Source: Nitrosopumilus sp.
GTDB taxonomy: Archaea > Thermoproteota > Nitrososphaeria > Nitrososphaerales > Nitrosopumilaceae
Direction of reading: 5' to 3'
Assembly (NCBI GenBank): GCA_965223425.1
Contig: OZ245003.1
Span: 2,400,001 to 2,464,000 of the forward strand
DNA: 64,000 nt
The translations under genes and the position numbers were made by a program. Numbering within the stretch: position 1 is the stretch's first letter; each line of letters begins with the position of its first letter. The notes beneath the pieces are model-generated. The model searched no databases and was not told the DNA's origin. It saw nothing but the letters and a program-made list of their open reading frames with translations. This document shows positions 20,276-31,698 of the stretch, one piece after another.

Positions 20276-20827
20276 ATGTCAGATAGTGCGGTATTTCCAG
20301 GTGACAAGATAGCATCCATTGAGGAATACGAGGCCGGATACAACACCTTTGATGATGGGGACATGGTCAGAGCAGCAACGGTTGGACAAAAAGACATCGA
20401 CAATGCAACGCGAACTGCCAGCATCAGACATCCAAAATACTTGTCAATTCCAAAGGTGGGGGACACCATTATTGGAACAGTCGCAGCAGTAATGTCATCC
20501 ATGATTGCAGTAGCAATAGACTACATCAATGGAAAACCCACCACATCAAAAGTAGAGTGCATATGCTCGATACGAAACATTAGAAGGAAAAACGTGGCAC
20601 TGGTTAACGACATAGTAACAGTGAAGATAATTAATCATCTTAACGGAACAATTCACGCAACACTTGAAGAGCCGCAGTGCGGCGTACTATTCACAAAATG
20701 TAGAAAGTGCGGGGGCAGGGTCGTTCCAATGCGCGATGCCATAAAATGTACAGAGTGCTCTTGGATTGACGAGAGAAAGATTTCTACAAATTTTGGCAAC
20801 AGTGATTTTGTAAAGCTGAGAGAGTAA
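20276..20827 (+). CDS. csl4: Exosome complex RNA-binding protein Csl4
   Basis: VFPGD...EEY start, S1 domain and CRKC...CTEC Zn ribbon. Confidence 0.88.
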   Translation: MSDSAVFPGDKIASIEEYEAGYNTFDDGDMVRAATVGQKDIDNATRTASIRHPKYLSIPKVGDTIIGTVAAVMSSMIAVAIDYINGKPTTSKVECICSIRNIRRKNVALVNDIVTVKIINHLNGTIHATLEEPQCGVLFTKCRKCGGRVVPMRDAIKCTECSWIDERKISTNFGNSDFVKLRE

Positions 20828-20830
20828 GAA

Positions 20831-21649
20831 ATGATACGTCGTGTTTCGTTCCAAGGCGAACGGGGGGCATACAGTGAAGCCGCGGCAAGATCGTTTTTTA
20901 ACGAAGAAAGTGAGACGGTTCCCCTTGCAACATTTGCAGAAGTTTTAGAAAGCACGTCTACTGGTAAAACAGAGTATGCAGTTCTGCCCGTGGAGAATTC
21001 ATTGGAGGGAAGTGTCGGCGAGAGCTATGATCTATTGTACTCAACATCCCTGAATGCCACAGGCGAGATTTATCACAGGGTAGAGCACTGTCTAATCGGA
21101 ATTGGAAGGTTGGAACAGGTAGATACCGTGTATTCGCATCCTCAGGCACTAGGCCAGTGCAGGAAATTTATCGAGCAGCACGGCATGAAAACAATTCCTG
21201 CATATGATACGGCAGGCAGCGTAAGAATTGTCAAGGAACTTGGCAAGAAGAATTGCGCATGCATAGCCAGCAGAACAGCCTCATCCATACACGATGTGCC
21301 TGTTATTTCTGAAAATATCGCAAATAACCTGAACAACTATACGAGATTTTTGATATTGTCAAAAAAAGAATCTCCGGAAACGGGAAACGACAAAACCTCG
21401 ATTATTTTTTCCATCAAGCACGAGCCGGGTTCGTTATACAGAACAATGGAGAATTTCTACAAAAACAATGTCAACCTTACAAAAATAGAATCAAGGCCGA
21501 CTAAAGCAAACACATGGGAGTACAACTTCCATGTAGATTTTGAGGGTCACAGGAAAGAAACGCAGATTTCAGAGATGCTAGACAAGATAAGGCAAGAGAC
21601 GCTCTTCATGAAAGTTTTGGGTTCGTATCCTTCTGCAAAACTAGGCTAA
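20831..21649 (+). CDS. pheA: Prephenate dehydratase
   Basis: FQGERGAYSE, ENSLEG, SHPQALGQC, NYTRF and LTKIESRP. Confidence 0.95.
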   Translation: MIRRVSFQGERGAYSEAAARSFFNEESETVPLATFAEVLESTSTGKTEYAVLPVENSLEGSVGESYDLLYSTSLNATGEIYHRVEHCLIGIGRLEQVDTVYSHPQALGQCRKFIEQHGMKTIPAYDTAGSVRIVKELGKKNCACIASRTASSIHDVPVISENIANNLNNYTRFLILSKKESPETGNDKTSIIFSIKHEPGSLYRTMENFYKNNVNLTKIESRPTKANTWEYNFHVDFEGHRKETQISEMLDKIRQETLFMKVLGSYPSAKLG

Positions 21650-22113
21650 AACCCCTTGGGCTTTCTCAGTGTAAACCCCATGCTAAACCCAATGATGACC
21701 ATCCCCGAAATAATTACCATGAGATCATATGTGAACCAGATCGGATCAGAGCTTCTAACTAAAACTCCCGTAATTTCTAATTCCTTGTTACCAGTATTTT
21801 GGATCTGGATTTTTGTTTCACCATCTGCCATATGAGTCCAGTCCAAATCCAGTTCGTCCTTGTAGGAGGTTTTTGGAATTATCAATCCCCCATCGGGACT
21901 CTCAAGTTTGAGATCAAAAGTATTGCCAACAATTCTCATATTTTGTTCGGTGTGAGCTGGTGCAGGAATTATGTAAACTGTGGAATCACCAACTCCTACC
22001 ACGTAGTTTTCATTAATGGTGATTAGTCCAACATGTGAAACTAAGGAAATGCCGCCAATTGCAATAATTGCACTTCCAACTACCAGGCCTATAATAGTTC
22101 TTTTGGACATCAT
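21646..22113 (-). CDS. Hypothetical membrane protein
   Basis: N- and C-terminal hydrophobic helices. Confidence 0.75.
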   Translation of the reverse strand: MMSKRTIIGLVVGSAIIAIGGISLVSHVGLITINENYVVGVGDSTVYIIPAPAHTEQNMRIVGNTFDLKLESPDGGLIIPKTSYKDELDLDWTHMADGETKIQIQNTGNKELEITGVLVRSSDPIWFTYDLMVIISGMVIIGFSMGFTLRKPKGF

Positions 22114-22148
22114 GAATCATTGATTCTAGGTACTGCTTAAAAAATTAT

Positions 22149-23579
22149 CTACATCAAGGAGACATCATGAGGCTGACTTTCTGCAAATCCAGCTCTTGAC
22201 ATTTTGATAAATTCTGCATTTTCCTGCATTTGAGGAATTGTATGTGCACCGCAATAGCTCAATCCAGAACGCACGCCACCCGTAAGTTGTTTTAGAATAT
22301 CAGTCACAGTTCCCTTGTAAGGAACCATAGCCTCTACTCCCTCGGCAACGTAGTCATTGAGATCATCATCAAGCGAAATGGAGCCAGTCTCCTTTGACTT
22401 TCTGCCAATTGAGGCTGCAAGAGAGGCCATTCCACGGTAAACCTTGAAGCGTTTTCCATTTTTAGTCAAGACGGTGCCCGGTGACTCGTCAGTGCCTCCA
22501 AGCATGCTGCCTACCATTACAGATGAAGCCCCGGCAGCCAGCGCTTTTGTTGCATCGCCAGAAGTTCTTGTACCGCCGTCAGAAATTATTGGAATGCCGT
22601 GATCTTTACCAACTTTTGCACAGTCCATTACGGCAGTCAGTTGGGGCACGCCAGAACCGGTAATGACTCTAGTAATACAGATTGAACCAGAGCCTACGCC
22701 GACTTTTACTGCATCAACTCCTGCCTTTATCAGATCTTCAGCTCCGTGGGCAGTTGCGATGTTACCTGCAATTAACTCACAGTCTGGAAACGCTTTTTTG
22801 ATGTTACGAATCGTGTTTAATTCATTTTCACTGTGGCCATGTGCTATGTCAACAACAAGCACGTCAGCGCCTGCCTCCAGAAGGGATTCGCTTCTTTCCA
22901 AAAAGTCACCCTTTACACCAACTGCTGCCCCAACTAACGGTCTTCCTTTCTTATCTTTGGACGCATTTGGATAGTTGGCATTGTTTGTAATGTCCTTACT
23001 TGTAATCAAACCTTTGATAATTCCCGAGTCATCAACTATTGGCAGTTTTTCGATTCTATGTTCGTGCAAAATGGATTTTGCCTCATCCAGCGTAACGCCA
23101 GGTTTTGCAGTTACGACATCCTTTGTCATAACGTCATGAACGGGGTTGTTTGGATCGGCAAACAGTAAATCCCTTTCAGTTATTATTCCCACTAGTTTAG
23201 AATTGGAATCGACTACCAAAAGACCGGAAATTTCTTTGTCTTCTGCATGGTCTAAGGCATCCTGTACGGATTTATCAGAAGAGATGGAATACGGGTTTTC
23301 TATCATTACGCTGCCTGAGCGTTTTACCTTGAGAACCTCGTTGGATTGTTCTTGGATGCTCAAGAATCTATGAATGATTCCCAGACCTCCGGCACGGGCC
23401 ATCGTTACTGCCATGGACGACTCAGTGACAGTATCCATGTTTGCACTTACAAAAGGAATGTTAATTGAGATGTTTTTGGACAGTTTGGTACTTAGATCGG
23501 TCTGGCTTCTGCTTGTAATGTCTGAATATTTGGGTACAAGAAGAACGTCGTCAAAAGTTAATCCTTCTCTGAATTCCAA
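22149..23579 (-). CDS. guaB: IMP dehydrogenase (with CBS pair)
   Basis: [27 protein letters not shown] and YRGMAS. Confidence 0.97.
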   Translation of the reverse strand: MEFREGLTFDDVLLVPKYSDITSRSQTDLSTKLSKNISINIPFVSANMDTVTESSMAVTMARAGGLGIIHRFLSIQEQSNEVLKVKRSGSVMIENPYSISSDKSVQDALDHAEDKEISGLLVVDSNSKLVGIITERDLLFADPNNPVHDVMTKDVVTAKPGVTLDEAKSILHEHRIEKLPIVDDSGIIKGLITSKDITNNANYPNASKDKKGRPLVGAAVGVKGDFLERSESLLEAGADVLVVDIAHGHSENELNTIRNIKKAFPDCELIAGNIATAHGAEDLIKAGVDAVKVGVGSGSICITRVITGSGVPQLTAVMDCAKVGKDHGIPIISDGGTRTSGDATKALAAGASSVMVGSMLGGTDESPGTVLTKNGKRFKVYRGMASLAASIGRKSKETGSISLDDDLNDYVAEGVEAMVPYKGTVTDILKQLTGGVRSGLSYCGAHTIPQMQENAEFIKMSRAGFAESQPHDVSLM

Positions 23580-23609
23580 TGAAACCTTGTTAGGGAAGTT
23601 AAATATTGA

Positions 23610-24476
23610 TTATAAGCCTTTGTGTTGCTTTGATAGTCTTGAAGCTACCGTTATTGCCTCACTGGTGGCCTCAACGTTATGAGTGCGAATAATGTCAGCA
23701 CCATTCATGACAGACGCGGCCTCTGCAGCTATCGAGCCGATCAGCCGATCAGACGGATTTTTTTTGCCTAAAAGATTTCCCAAAAAGGATTTGTTTGAGA
23801 CTGAGATCAGTATCGGATGGCTTTGCTTTATGGATTTCAAGTTTTTAATGATGGACAGATCCCTTTCCACCCAGTCTGATCTAATTTTTGTAAAAAACGG
23901 TCCACGTCCAGTTTTTCGAAAGAATCCTATCGCGGGATCCAATACAATTTTTTCAGATGAAATGCGGGATTTTTTTGCAATCTGCAAGCTGTCCCTAAGA
24001 AGCTTTTTGGTTGCAGTTACAGCATTCCCAAAGACAGGTTTGGAGCTGTATGCACATAAAATTAGAGAGGGGGCGTATTCTGAGACGACATCTTGCATTT
24101 TTCCATCATATTTTAATCCAGAAACATCATTGATTATTTCAACACCGTGTTCTAACGCATCCCCGGCAGCCTTGGCCCTGCATGTATCAACGGAGATTGG
24201 AAGGTTAGAAACATTCTGAATTATTTTAACTGCGTCAAGAACTCTGCTTGATTCGAGTTTTTCTGAAATTGTAGTGGACAGATACGGAGCAGTGGACATG
24301 CCTCCGACATCGACAAAATCTGCACCCTCGTTTTCCATCTGTTTTACGGCATCTTTTATTTGAGTTTTGGTTGTGCGAACAGATTTTTTGTAAAACGATT
24401 CGGGACTAGCGTTTAGGATTCCCATTATGCGTACAGGGCTTTTTCCGCCTACTTGCACATTTCCAATTCTAGCCAC
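23610..24476 (-). CDS. folP: Dihydropteroate synthase
   Basis: MGILNASPESF, DVGGMST, VDT, INDVSG, DPAIGF, SNKSF and IIRTHNV; likely GTG start at 24476. Confidence 0.92.
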   Translation of the reverse strand: MARIGNVQVGGKSPVRIMGILNASPESFYKKSVRTTKTQIKDAVKQMENEGADFVDVGGMSTAPYLSTTISEKLESSRVLDAVKIIQNVSNLPISVDTCRAKAAGDALEHGVEIINDVSGLKYDGKMQDVVSEYAPSLILCAYSSKPVFGNAVTATKKLLRDSLQIAKKSRISSEKIVLDPAIGFFRKTGRGPFFTKIRSDWVERDLSIIKNLKSIKQSHPILISVSNKSFLGNLLGKKNPSDRLIGSIAAEAASVMNGADIIRTHNVEATSEAITVASRLSKQHKGL

Positions 24477-24513
24477 ATGGTTTATCAAAAACCAATCCAA
24501 TTTGAGTGGTAGG

Positions 24514-25245
24514 ATGATTTCAGGTTGGAAAAAGAGATATTCGGATATTTTAAAAGAATTCAGGTACAGCAAAACAAAGGACAGGGAATCAGCCGTTCTT
24601 TTGGATTCAATTCTAAGGGGCTCGAATAGTGACAGAAAAATTCTCAATTTGGTCAAAGGCAGAACCGTCTTTGTGATAGGCTCCGGCCCTTCCTTATCAG
24701 CTGCCGTTAAAAAATTAAAAGATCATAAAAAAACAATAAAAATTGCAGCAGACAGTTCAGTTAAACCGCTAATAGAAAACGGAGTCATTCCAGACATCGT
24801 TGTTACTGACTTGGACGGGGATGACGACGCATTGAAAAAAATTGCAAGGACAAAGTCGATATTTGTTGTGCATGCACATGGGGACAATATAGAAAAGCTG
24901 GAATTCGCAAAAAAACTGAAAAACTGTATAGGTACGACTCAGTCAGAACCGTTTGGCAAGATTCAAAATTTTGGGGGGTTTACTGATGGGGACAGGGGGG
25001 TTTTTTTAGCTAATCATTATGGTGCAAAAAAAATTATTTTGTTTGGGATGGATTTTGGAGACAGAATTGGAAAATTTTCAAATACAAAAAAAGCCGACAG
25101 AAAAGTAAAACTGATGAAGCTAAAAAGAGGCAAGACACTTTTGGAATGGCTTTCAACCATTACAAGGTCAGAATTATTTACCACATCAAAGCCAATCAAG
25201 GGATTTAAAAAAATACCATACAAAGAACTAGATGCCATCACCTAG
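24514..25245 (+). CDS. mptE: 6-hydroxymethyl-7,8-dihydropterin pyrophosphokinase MptE-like (DUF115)
   Basis: VVTDLDG, HAHGDN, NFGGFTDGDR and LFGMDF; divergent from folP. Confidence 0.85.
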   Translation: MISGWKKRYSDILKEFRYSKTKDRESAVLLDSILRGSNSDRKILNLVKGRTVFVIGSGPSLSAAVKKLKDHKKTIKIAADSSVKPLIENGVIPDIVVTDLDGDDDALKKIARTKSIFVVHAHGDNIEKLEFAKKLKNCIGTTQSEPFGKIQNFGGFTDGDRGVFLANHYGAKKIILFGMDFGDRIGKFSNTKKADRKVKLMKLKRGKTLLEWLSTITRSELFTTSKPIKGFKKIPYKELDAIT

Positions 25246-25281
25246 AATGCATTTAATACCCTATCCCCCATTAAACAGACT

Positions 25282-25854
25282 ATGAAATTCTCCGAAGAGC
25301 AAGTCAAGGACATTGTTACTTTGAAAGAAAATTTGATCAAGCAAATCGACAAGCATCAAAAAGATATAGAGATGTTAGAAAAAAATCTTATAGTTTTGGA
25401 TTTGGTTCTAAAGGAATCCAGCTACACCAAAGCCTCACAACTGCGAAAGGTAAAACCAGAAATCCAAAAAAAGTCAGAGACTGCAGAAAAGCCCGCAGAA
25501 GATTCCATTCCAATCAAGAGGGGAAGCGACGGGAAAGTAATTGCAAATGCGTTTGTCACGCCAGATCAAGTCCGGATAGTTTTAGACGATAAAATCGAGA
25601 TTAGTGATGAAGTACCGCCTTTCAAATCATTTTTCCTAGACAGAATTATTGGGGAAATGAAGAAGAAGGATTCTGCAGAAGCAGATAGCGGGAAGATCCA
25701 AAAGGAATCAATCATTGATTTGATCATAAACAAAAACGGCTCAGACATTAGAGAAATCATTATCAGAAACTATAGGCAGAAGGAAAGGGTAAATGAGCTT
25801 ATCAACACTGCAGGCTGGTCATTAACACGAATGCTTGAAAACATCAACAAGTGA
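25282..25854 (+). CDS. Conserved hypothetical protein
   Basis: 190-aa ORF with coiled-coil N-terminus, upstream of guaA. Confidence 0.75.
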   Translation: MKFSEEQVKDIVTLKENLIKQIDKHQKDIEMLEKNLIVLDLVLKESSYTKASQLRKVKPEIQKKSETAEKPAEDSIPIKRGSDGKVIANAFVTPDQVRIVLDDKIEISDEVPPFKSFFLDRIIGEMKKKDSAEADSGKIQKESIIDLIINKNGSDIREIIIRNYRQKERVNELINTAGWSLTRMLENINK

Positions 25855-25858
25855 TGAT

Positions 25859-27382
25859 ATGGACAAAATTGTAGTTTTAGACTTTGGATCACAGTACAGC
25901 CATTTAATTTGTAGAAGAATTAGGGAATTTTCTGTTTATGCAGAACTTGTTCCTTTTGATATTAGCTGTGAGGAGTTACAAAAACACAATCCAAAGGGAA
26001 TAATTTTTTCAGGAGGCCCGTCAAGTGTTTACAGTTCAGATGCTCCAATCCCGGATAACAAAATTTTTGAGATGAATTTGCCGTTGCTTGGAATTTGCTA
26101 CGGTCATCAATTGATTGTAAACAAATACGGCGGAAAAGTAAAGAGGGCAAACAAGGAATACGGCTCGTCCCTGCTTACAGTTGATAATGACAAAGATCTA
26201 CTAAACGGGGTAGGAAAGTCAGTCAGGGCATGGATGAGCCATGGCGACGAAGCAGAAGAAGTTCCGCCAAAATTTCAAGTAATAGGACATACAGAAGGCG
26301 CAAAAGCTGCCGCAATAGCATTAGAGGAAAAATCAGTCTACGGAATCCAGTTTCATCCCGAAGTGGTACATACGGAACAAGGTACAGAGATTCTCAAGAA
26401 TTTTGTTTTGAAAGTATGCAGGGCAAAACAAGACTGGACCATGGAGGGCTTTGTCGAGACAGCAGTGGAAAAAATTTCAAAAATAGAAGGAAACGTGCTT
26501 TGCGGGGTTAGCGGAGGCATAGACTCGACAGTGGCAGCACTGATAATCCATAAGGCTGTTGGGGACAAGCTCAAGTGTGTGTTTGTAAACAATGGCTTGT
26601 TACGGTTAAACGAGGAAACAGAAATTGAGGAGATGTTCAAAGATAATTTCAACGTAAATTTTACAGCAGTCAATGCAGCTGATGAGTTTCTCGGCAAGCT
26701 TGAAGGAATCGAGGATCCCGAAGAAAAAAGAAAGACCGTGGGAGAGGAATTTATTCGTGTTTTTACCGAATTTGCCAAAAAAAATGGTCCTTTCAGATGG
26801 TTGGCTCAGGGCACGCTTTATCCGGATGTAATTGAAAGCGGGGTTTCAAAAGGACCCGCAGCGGTAATAAAATCCCATCACAATGTAGGCGGACTGCCAG
26901 ACTGGCTTGATTTGGACATTTTAGAGCCATTAAGGGAATTGTACAAAGACGAGGTAAGAAAGATAGCAAAAATTCTACGGGTTCCAGAAAACCTTTTGAT
27001 GAGGCACCCGTTTCCTGGTCCGGGCTTGGCTGTAAGGGTGATGGGGGAGGTGACCCCGACAAAGCTGCATATTGCCAAGGTAGCAAGTAAAATTGTCGAA
27101 GACGAGCTGGTGGAGGCAGACCTGTATGACAAAGTTTGGCAGGCATATGCTGCAGTTGGAGACGATAAGGCAGTCGGCGTTGTCGGGGATGAAAGAAAAT
27201 ATGGAAACATTGTAATGATACGGGTTGTAGACTCTATTGATGCAATGACTGCAGATTGGACAAGACTTCCGCACGGTCTTTTGGAAAAGATCAGCAATAG
27301 AATTACAAATGAGATTGAGGATGTGACATGGGTAACTTATACAATTTCAAGCAAGCCGCCTGCAACAATTGAGCCGCAATAG
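25859..27382 (+). CDS. guaA: GMP synthase (glutamine-hydrolysing)
   Basis: VLDFGSQY, GICYGHQ, QFHPEV, SGGIDS, KSHHNVGGLP and KPPATIE. Confidence 0.97.
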   Translation: MDKIVVLDFGSQYSHLICRRIREFSVYAELVPFDISCEELQKHNPKGIIFSGGPSSVYSSDAPIPDNKIFEMNLPLLGICYGHQLIVNKYGGKVKRANKEYGSSLLTVDNDKDLLNGVGKSVRAWMSHGDEAEEVPPKFQVIGHTEGAKAAAIALEEKSVYGIQFHPEVVHTEQGTEILKNFVLKVCRAKQDWTMEGFVETAVEKISKIEGNVLCGVSGGIDSTVAALIIHKAVGDKLKCVFVNNGLLRLNEETEIEEMFKDNFNVNFTAVNAADEFLGKLEGIEDPEEKRKTVGEEFIRVFTEFAKKNGPFRWLAQGTLYPDVIESGVSKGPAAVIKSHHNVGGLPDWLDLDILEPLRELYKDEVRKIAKILRVPENLLMRHPFPGPGLAVRVMGEVTPTKLHIAKVASKIVEDELVEADLYDKVWQAYAAVGDDKAVGVVGDERKYGNIVMIRVVDSIDAMTADWTRLPHGLLEKISNRITNEIEDVTWVTYTISSKPPATIEPQ

Positions 27383-27390
27383 TGAGAGAT

Positions 27391-27744
27391 ATGGAATACG
27401 AAAAAATCTGTGATGAGATTCTAGAATGTGATGAAAAAATCAGATACGTGGGGGTGTATGATTATGGTGAGCTCTATGACAAAATGAGGCCGGGATTAAA
27501 AAATCACTTGTCAAGAGAGGAAACAGAGATGTCTTTGTCTCAAGCAGTTTACAGGTGGTCTACACGTAAAAAAACTGCCGATAAGATTGGAAAGCCTATT
27601 TTTGCACTGGCAAAATATGAAAAGATTTATCGGATAACAGTCCCCATTGGAGGGGCGGGACTAGTTTTAATCAGCACGGAACTAGATGCAGACGTAAATG
27701 GCATAGCAGAGAAGGTTTTAAAAATCAAGGACAGGTACTCTTGA
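27391..27744 (+). CDS. Thaumarchaeal small hypothetical protein (DUF6659/roadblock-like)
   Basis: ORF follows guaA; IRYVGV...GKPIFALAKYEKI pattern. Confidence 0.65.
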   Translation: MEYEKICDEILECDEKIRYVGVYDYGELYDKMRPGLKNHLSREETEMSLSQAVYRWSTRKKTADKIGKPIFALAKYEKIYRITVPIGGAGLVLISTELDADVNGIAEKVLKIKDRYS

Positions 27745-28044
27745 AAAATTTGGATGATCACAGACTTCATGTTTTTGATATTTGTTGGTGGGTGTGTAAG
27801 GCAGAAGGCGACCATGCAGTACGTTTGATGGGGTTACGGACAGAAAGAGAGTTTCATTTGGCAAAGAATGGTTAAAATCAATTGGAGAAGAGTTTGCAAG
27901 TTTCTACAGAGGAAATGTAAATTTTGTCACGCACACACAGTCAGTCAGTTCCAAATATATGGAAATCGAAATCATGACAAACGGATTCCGCCAAGTCTGC
28001 ATCGGAAGTCTTCACTGTAAAATTCCGTCTGAACCTGTTAAAAA

Positions 28045-28977
28045 TTACACTGTTACAAGAAAATATCTGGTACATTCATCTATGGATTTCCAATTGATGC
28101 CATAAGAACTGTCAAAATTGAGTTTGATATGCTTTCCATTGATTTTGCCTTCAAACTTTCCTTCTAGGCGTTTTTCTTTTCTAAATTTTTGGTAAATGGT
28201 GCGACCGCCTTTGTCATTCCAAAAATTACCATCATCTGCAAAAGCCAAAAAAAAGCATTTAGTAAAGTTAGCATTTTTTAATTGTTCCAAAAATTTTATG
28301 TCTTCACAGATCATGAGCATTTGGTTAGGATATGCCTTTTGTCTAGGAAATTTTATTTCGATTGCATATGCCTCGGATTTATCTTTTTTGAATATGACCA
28401 GATCAATTTCCTTTTTCACAAAAATTTGTTTATTCAGGCCAAACGCAGATACGTTTCTTTCAAATTGAACTTTGTAATCATTTAGATTTTTTCGTAGCAA
28501 CAAAGCTAATTCATGCTGTATACTTGCCTCATTATAGACTTCAATTTTTTTTAATGATATTTCCTTGACAAACTCGTTTAGCAAGTCATGAAACAGGATT
28601 TTCTTATTATCTGAAATAAAGTCGTAGTCATTTACCAGAGCTGTGTTTGCAGGCTTGTTTTTTAGGTCAAGGATTGGTCTGCTGTTTATATGGATTTTTT
28701 CTTTTTTGTAATTGCTTTTCATTTTTGGCTTTTGTGTTCTGCCTTTGTCGAGTCTAACTGTTTGATTTTTGAGGTCAAGATCAGAGCTGAACCAAGATTT
28801 ACTTAAAACCACTTTCATAAGAGGGTGAGAGTCGCTGTTAGACCACCAAGCAGGGTATGAATATGCAGAGGGGGGCAACCTTCCTTTGCATATATCTTCA
28901 ATTTCAGAGAATTTTATTTTGATTGATTTTATGTTTTGTTTTTGTAAAAAATCACCAAAATTACCATATGAAGTCAT
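28045..28977 (-). CDS. Putative PD-(D/E)XK nuclease with N-terminal 'WWSN' domain
   Basis: FSEIEDI...LPPSA...AWWSN N-terminal module; C-terminal NEASIQHEL...EIDLVIF...AIEIK; AT-rich. Confidence 0.65.
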   Translation of the reverse strand: MTSYGNFGDFLQKQNIKSIKIKFSEIEDICKGRLPPSAYSYPAWWSNSDSHPLMKVVLSKSWFSSDLDLKNQTVRLDKGRTQKPKMKSNYKKEKIHINSRPILDLKNKPANTALVNDYDFISDNKKILFHDLLNEFVKEISLKKIEVYNEASIQHELALLLRKNLNDYKVQFERNVSAFGLNKQIFVKKEIDLVIFKKDKSEAYAIEIKFPRQKAYPNQMLMICEDIKFLEQLKNANFTKCFFLAFADDGNFWNDKGGRTIYQKFRKEKRLEGKFEGKINGKHIKLNFDSSYGINWKSIDECTRYFLVTV

Positions 28978-29113
28978 TTGATGGGTATTGTGTCATTTAA
29001 CATATAATAAGCAACTCTAAACCAAAAAATCCACAGCCGGCAGCACATCTACAGTCTACGTATTTTTTTTTTGTTGCTGTTGCTGACAAACATTTCCAAA
29101 GCGGGGTTTTCAG

Positions 29114-29983
29114 TCACAGCAAGCATGCGCCAAAAACACCGGCAGAGTCACCCAGCTTGTTTTTAAGAATGGGAGTGTCAATCGAGTCAGAGAACACCTT
29201 GCTGTAAACTGACTCCTTTCCTTCAGAATACAAAAAACCAATGTTTGACAAGCCGCCGCCCAGCACTATGGCGTCGGGATCCAGGATGTCTATCACATTT
29301 GCAAGGCCGTATCCAAAATTTTCTAAAAATTCATCCTTCCATTTTTTTCCAATTTCGCCATCAAGACTTGAAAGGATTTCTGGAAGGGGTTGTGATTTTC
29401 CAGTGAGTTTTGTCCATTGTTTTTCTAATGATGGGCCGCTGATGTAGGTCTCCACACATCCATTTTTACCGCAGTAGCAAGAATTTCCATTGCGGTAAAG
29501 AGTATGGTGTCCCCATTCGCCTCCAATGTTGGCTCTTCCAGAATGGAGTTTTCCATCAATTACAATTCCGCCGCCTACACCTGTTCCCATGATCACACCA
29601 AATACTGAACCGAATCCGCTGGCAGCACCCATCTTAGCTTCGGCCATAACAAAACAATTTGCATCATTTTCCATTGAAATTTCTTTGCCCAGCTTGTCTT
29701 CAAGATCTTCTTTTGGTGATTTTCCAATCAGGCATTGGGTGTTGCTGTTTTTGATCAATCCGGTTTTTTTGGAAATTGCGCCAGGAGTACAAATGCCTAA
29801 AGAAAAATCAGGAATGTTTTTAGAAATATCTAAAACCAAGGATGAAATAGCATCAATGGTTTTCTGGTAATCATTTTGGGGCGTTGGGATTCTTTTTCTT
29901 TCTAAAACATCTAGATTACCATCAAGCAGAACAGCTTCTGTCTTTGTCCCACCCAGATCAACGCCGACTTTGTTCAACAGCAA
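29114..29983 (-). CDS. ROK family sugar kinase
   Basis: GVDLGGTK, ENDANC, GTGVGGG, GEWGH and CYCGKNGCVE. Confidence 0.93.
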   Translation of the reverse strand: MLLNKVGVDLGGTKTEAVLLDGNLDVLERKRIPTPQNDYQKTIDAISSLVLDISKNIPDFSLGICTPGAISKKTGLIKNSNTQCLIGKSPKEDLEDKLGKEISMENDANCFVMAEAKMGAASGFGSVFGVIMGTGVGGGIVIDGKLHSGRANIGGEWGHHTLYRNGNSCYCGKNGCVETYISGPSLEKQWTKLTGKSQPLPEILSSLDGEIGKKWKDEFLENFGYGLANVIDILDPDAIVLGGGLSNIGFLYSEGKESVYSKVFSDSIDTPILKNKLGDSAGVFGACLL

Positions 29984-30021
29984 TTTATGGGAATCAGAGG
30001 GTTTTAGTTTTAACTAAAATC

Positions 30022-31653
30022 TTATCCCATTGGAGGCGCCATACCGCCGCCTCCGCCACCTGGAGCTCCAGATATGGCAATAACATCGTCTATTCTGAGA
30101 ATCATGCATGCAGCTTCGGTTGCAGATTTGATGATTTGTTCCTTGACCACGGTTGGTTCTACAACGTTGATTGCCAACATATCTGCAATCTTTGTATTTT
30201 TAGCATCAATGCCAGTCCATTTGCGACCTTGGTTTTGTTTTGCCCGCAGAGTAGCCATCGTATCGATTGGATCCATCCCTGCATTCTCAGCAATGGTTAG
30301 TGGAATTGTTTCTAGCGCTTCGGCATATTTCTTTATTGCAAGCTGTTCCCTTCCATCAAAACTGTCAGCCCAGTCTTTGAGTTGTGAGGCTGCAAAGGAC
30401 TCAGGCGCACCTCCGCCGGCAACAATTTCAGGCTTTTCAATTACGTCTTTTACAACCATCAAAGAGTCGTGTATTGAACGATCAACCTCGTCAATCACTC
30501 TTTGAGAGCCGCCACGAATTAACATGGTAACGGATTGCGGATGTTTGCAGCCTTCTACAAATACCCATTTGTCAGATTCAACTTTCTTTTGGTGAACCAT
30601 ATCAGCCGAACCGAGATCATTTTCTGATAGATCATCCAGGTTGCTAATCACACGCCCGCCTGTAGCCTTGGAGAGTTTAATCATGTCACTTTCTTTGACG
30701 CGGCGAACTGCCAAAATACCGTGTTTTGCAAGATAGTGTTGTGCAATATCATCAATTCCTTTTTGGCAAATCAGCACGTTAACGCCAACGTCATATAATT
30801 TGTCAACCATGGTCTTTAGCATTCTGTTTTCTTCTTCTAGGAACATCTGCATTTGAGTCGGATCAGTAATCCTAATTTCAGAACTCATCTCCGTTTTTTC
30901 AATTTCCAACGCGGAATTTACCAGCGCAATTTTTGCCTTTTCAATTTTTGTAGGCATTCCACTGTGAACAATTTCTTTATCCAAAACGATACCTTTGACA
31001 ATTTGAGTGTCTTGAATCGAGCCGCCTGCCTTCTTTTCAACTTTGATGTTTTCAAGGTCTACAGTGTAGTTATCGCCTTTTTTGGTTACAATACTAAGAA
31101 TAGCATCAACGACAATTTTTGACAGTACGCCGCTATCCTCAGAGACTAATTTGGATTGCATGCTAGTTGTTGCAACATTAATGAGTGATTCTTTATCATC
31201 AGGTTGAACTTTCTTTGACATTTCTGAGTATATTTCAAGGGTTTTTTCCGCAGCTGCCTGAAAGCCTTCGACAATGGTTGAAGAATGAACTTCTTTTTTG
31301 AGCAAGTCTTCTGCTTTTGCAAGCAATGCGCCTCCAAAAACAACAGAGGAAGTCGTGCCATCACCTACTTCATTATCTACTGTTTTAGAAATTTCAACTA
31401 TCATTTTGGCAGCTGGGTGCTGAACGTCAATCTCTTTTAGAATGGTGGCACCATCATTTGTAATAGTAACATCGCCTAAGGAATCGACAAGCATTTTATC
31501 CAGACCCCTAGGCCCAAGACTGCTTTTAACTAATTCAGAGACTAGCTTGGCAGCAGCAATATTGTTCTGCTGGGCGTCTTTGCCCTTTTGCTGTAGTGCG
31601 CTCTCCTTGAGAACTAAAACGGGTCCATTTGGGCCTTGTTGAATTGATGCCAT
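30022..31653 (-). CDS. ths: Thermosome (group II chaperonin) subunit
   Basis: [26 protein letters not shown] and ILRIDDVI. Confidence 0.97.
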   Translation of the reverse strand: MASIQQGPNGPVLVLKESALQQKGKDAQQNNIAAAKLVSELVKSSLGPRGLDKMLVDSLGDVTITNDGATILKEIDVQHPAAKMIVEISKTVDNEVGDGTTSSVVFGGALLAKAEDLLKKEVHSSTIVEGFQAAAEKTLEIYSEMSKKVQPDDKESLINVATTSMQSKLVSEDSGVLSKIVVDAILSIVTKKGDNYTVDLENIKVEKKAGGSIQDTQIVKGIVLDKEIVHSGMPTKIEKAKIALVNSALEIEKTEMSSEIRITDPTQMQMFLEEENRMLKTMVDKLYDVGVNVLICQKGIDDIAQHYLAKHGILAVRRVKESDMIKLSKATGGRVISNLDDLSENDLGSADMVHQKKVESDKWVFVEGCKHPQSVTMLIRGGSQRVIDEVDRSIHDSLMVVKDVIEKPEIVAGGGAPESFAASQLKDWADSFDGREQLAIKKYAEALETIPLTIAENAGMDPIDTMATLRAKQNQGRKWTGIDAKNTKIADMLAINVVEPTVVKEQIIKSATEAACMILRIDDVIAISGAPGGGGGGMAPPMG

Positions 31654-31698
31654 TTAGGTTCAGTTTCATCCACCTCAAATCCCCCTTTTTAATATTAC

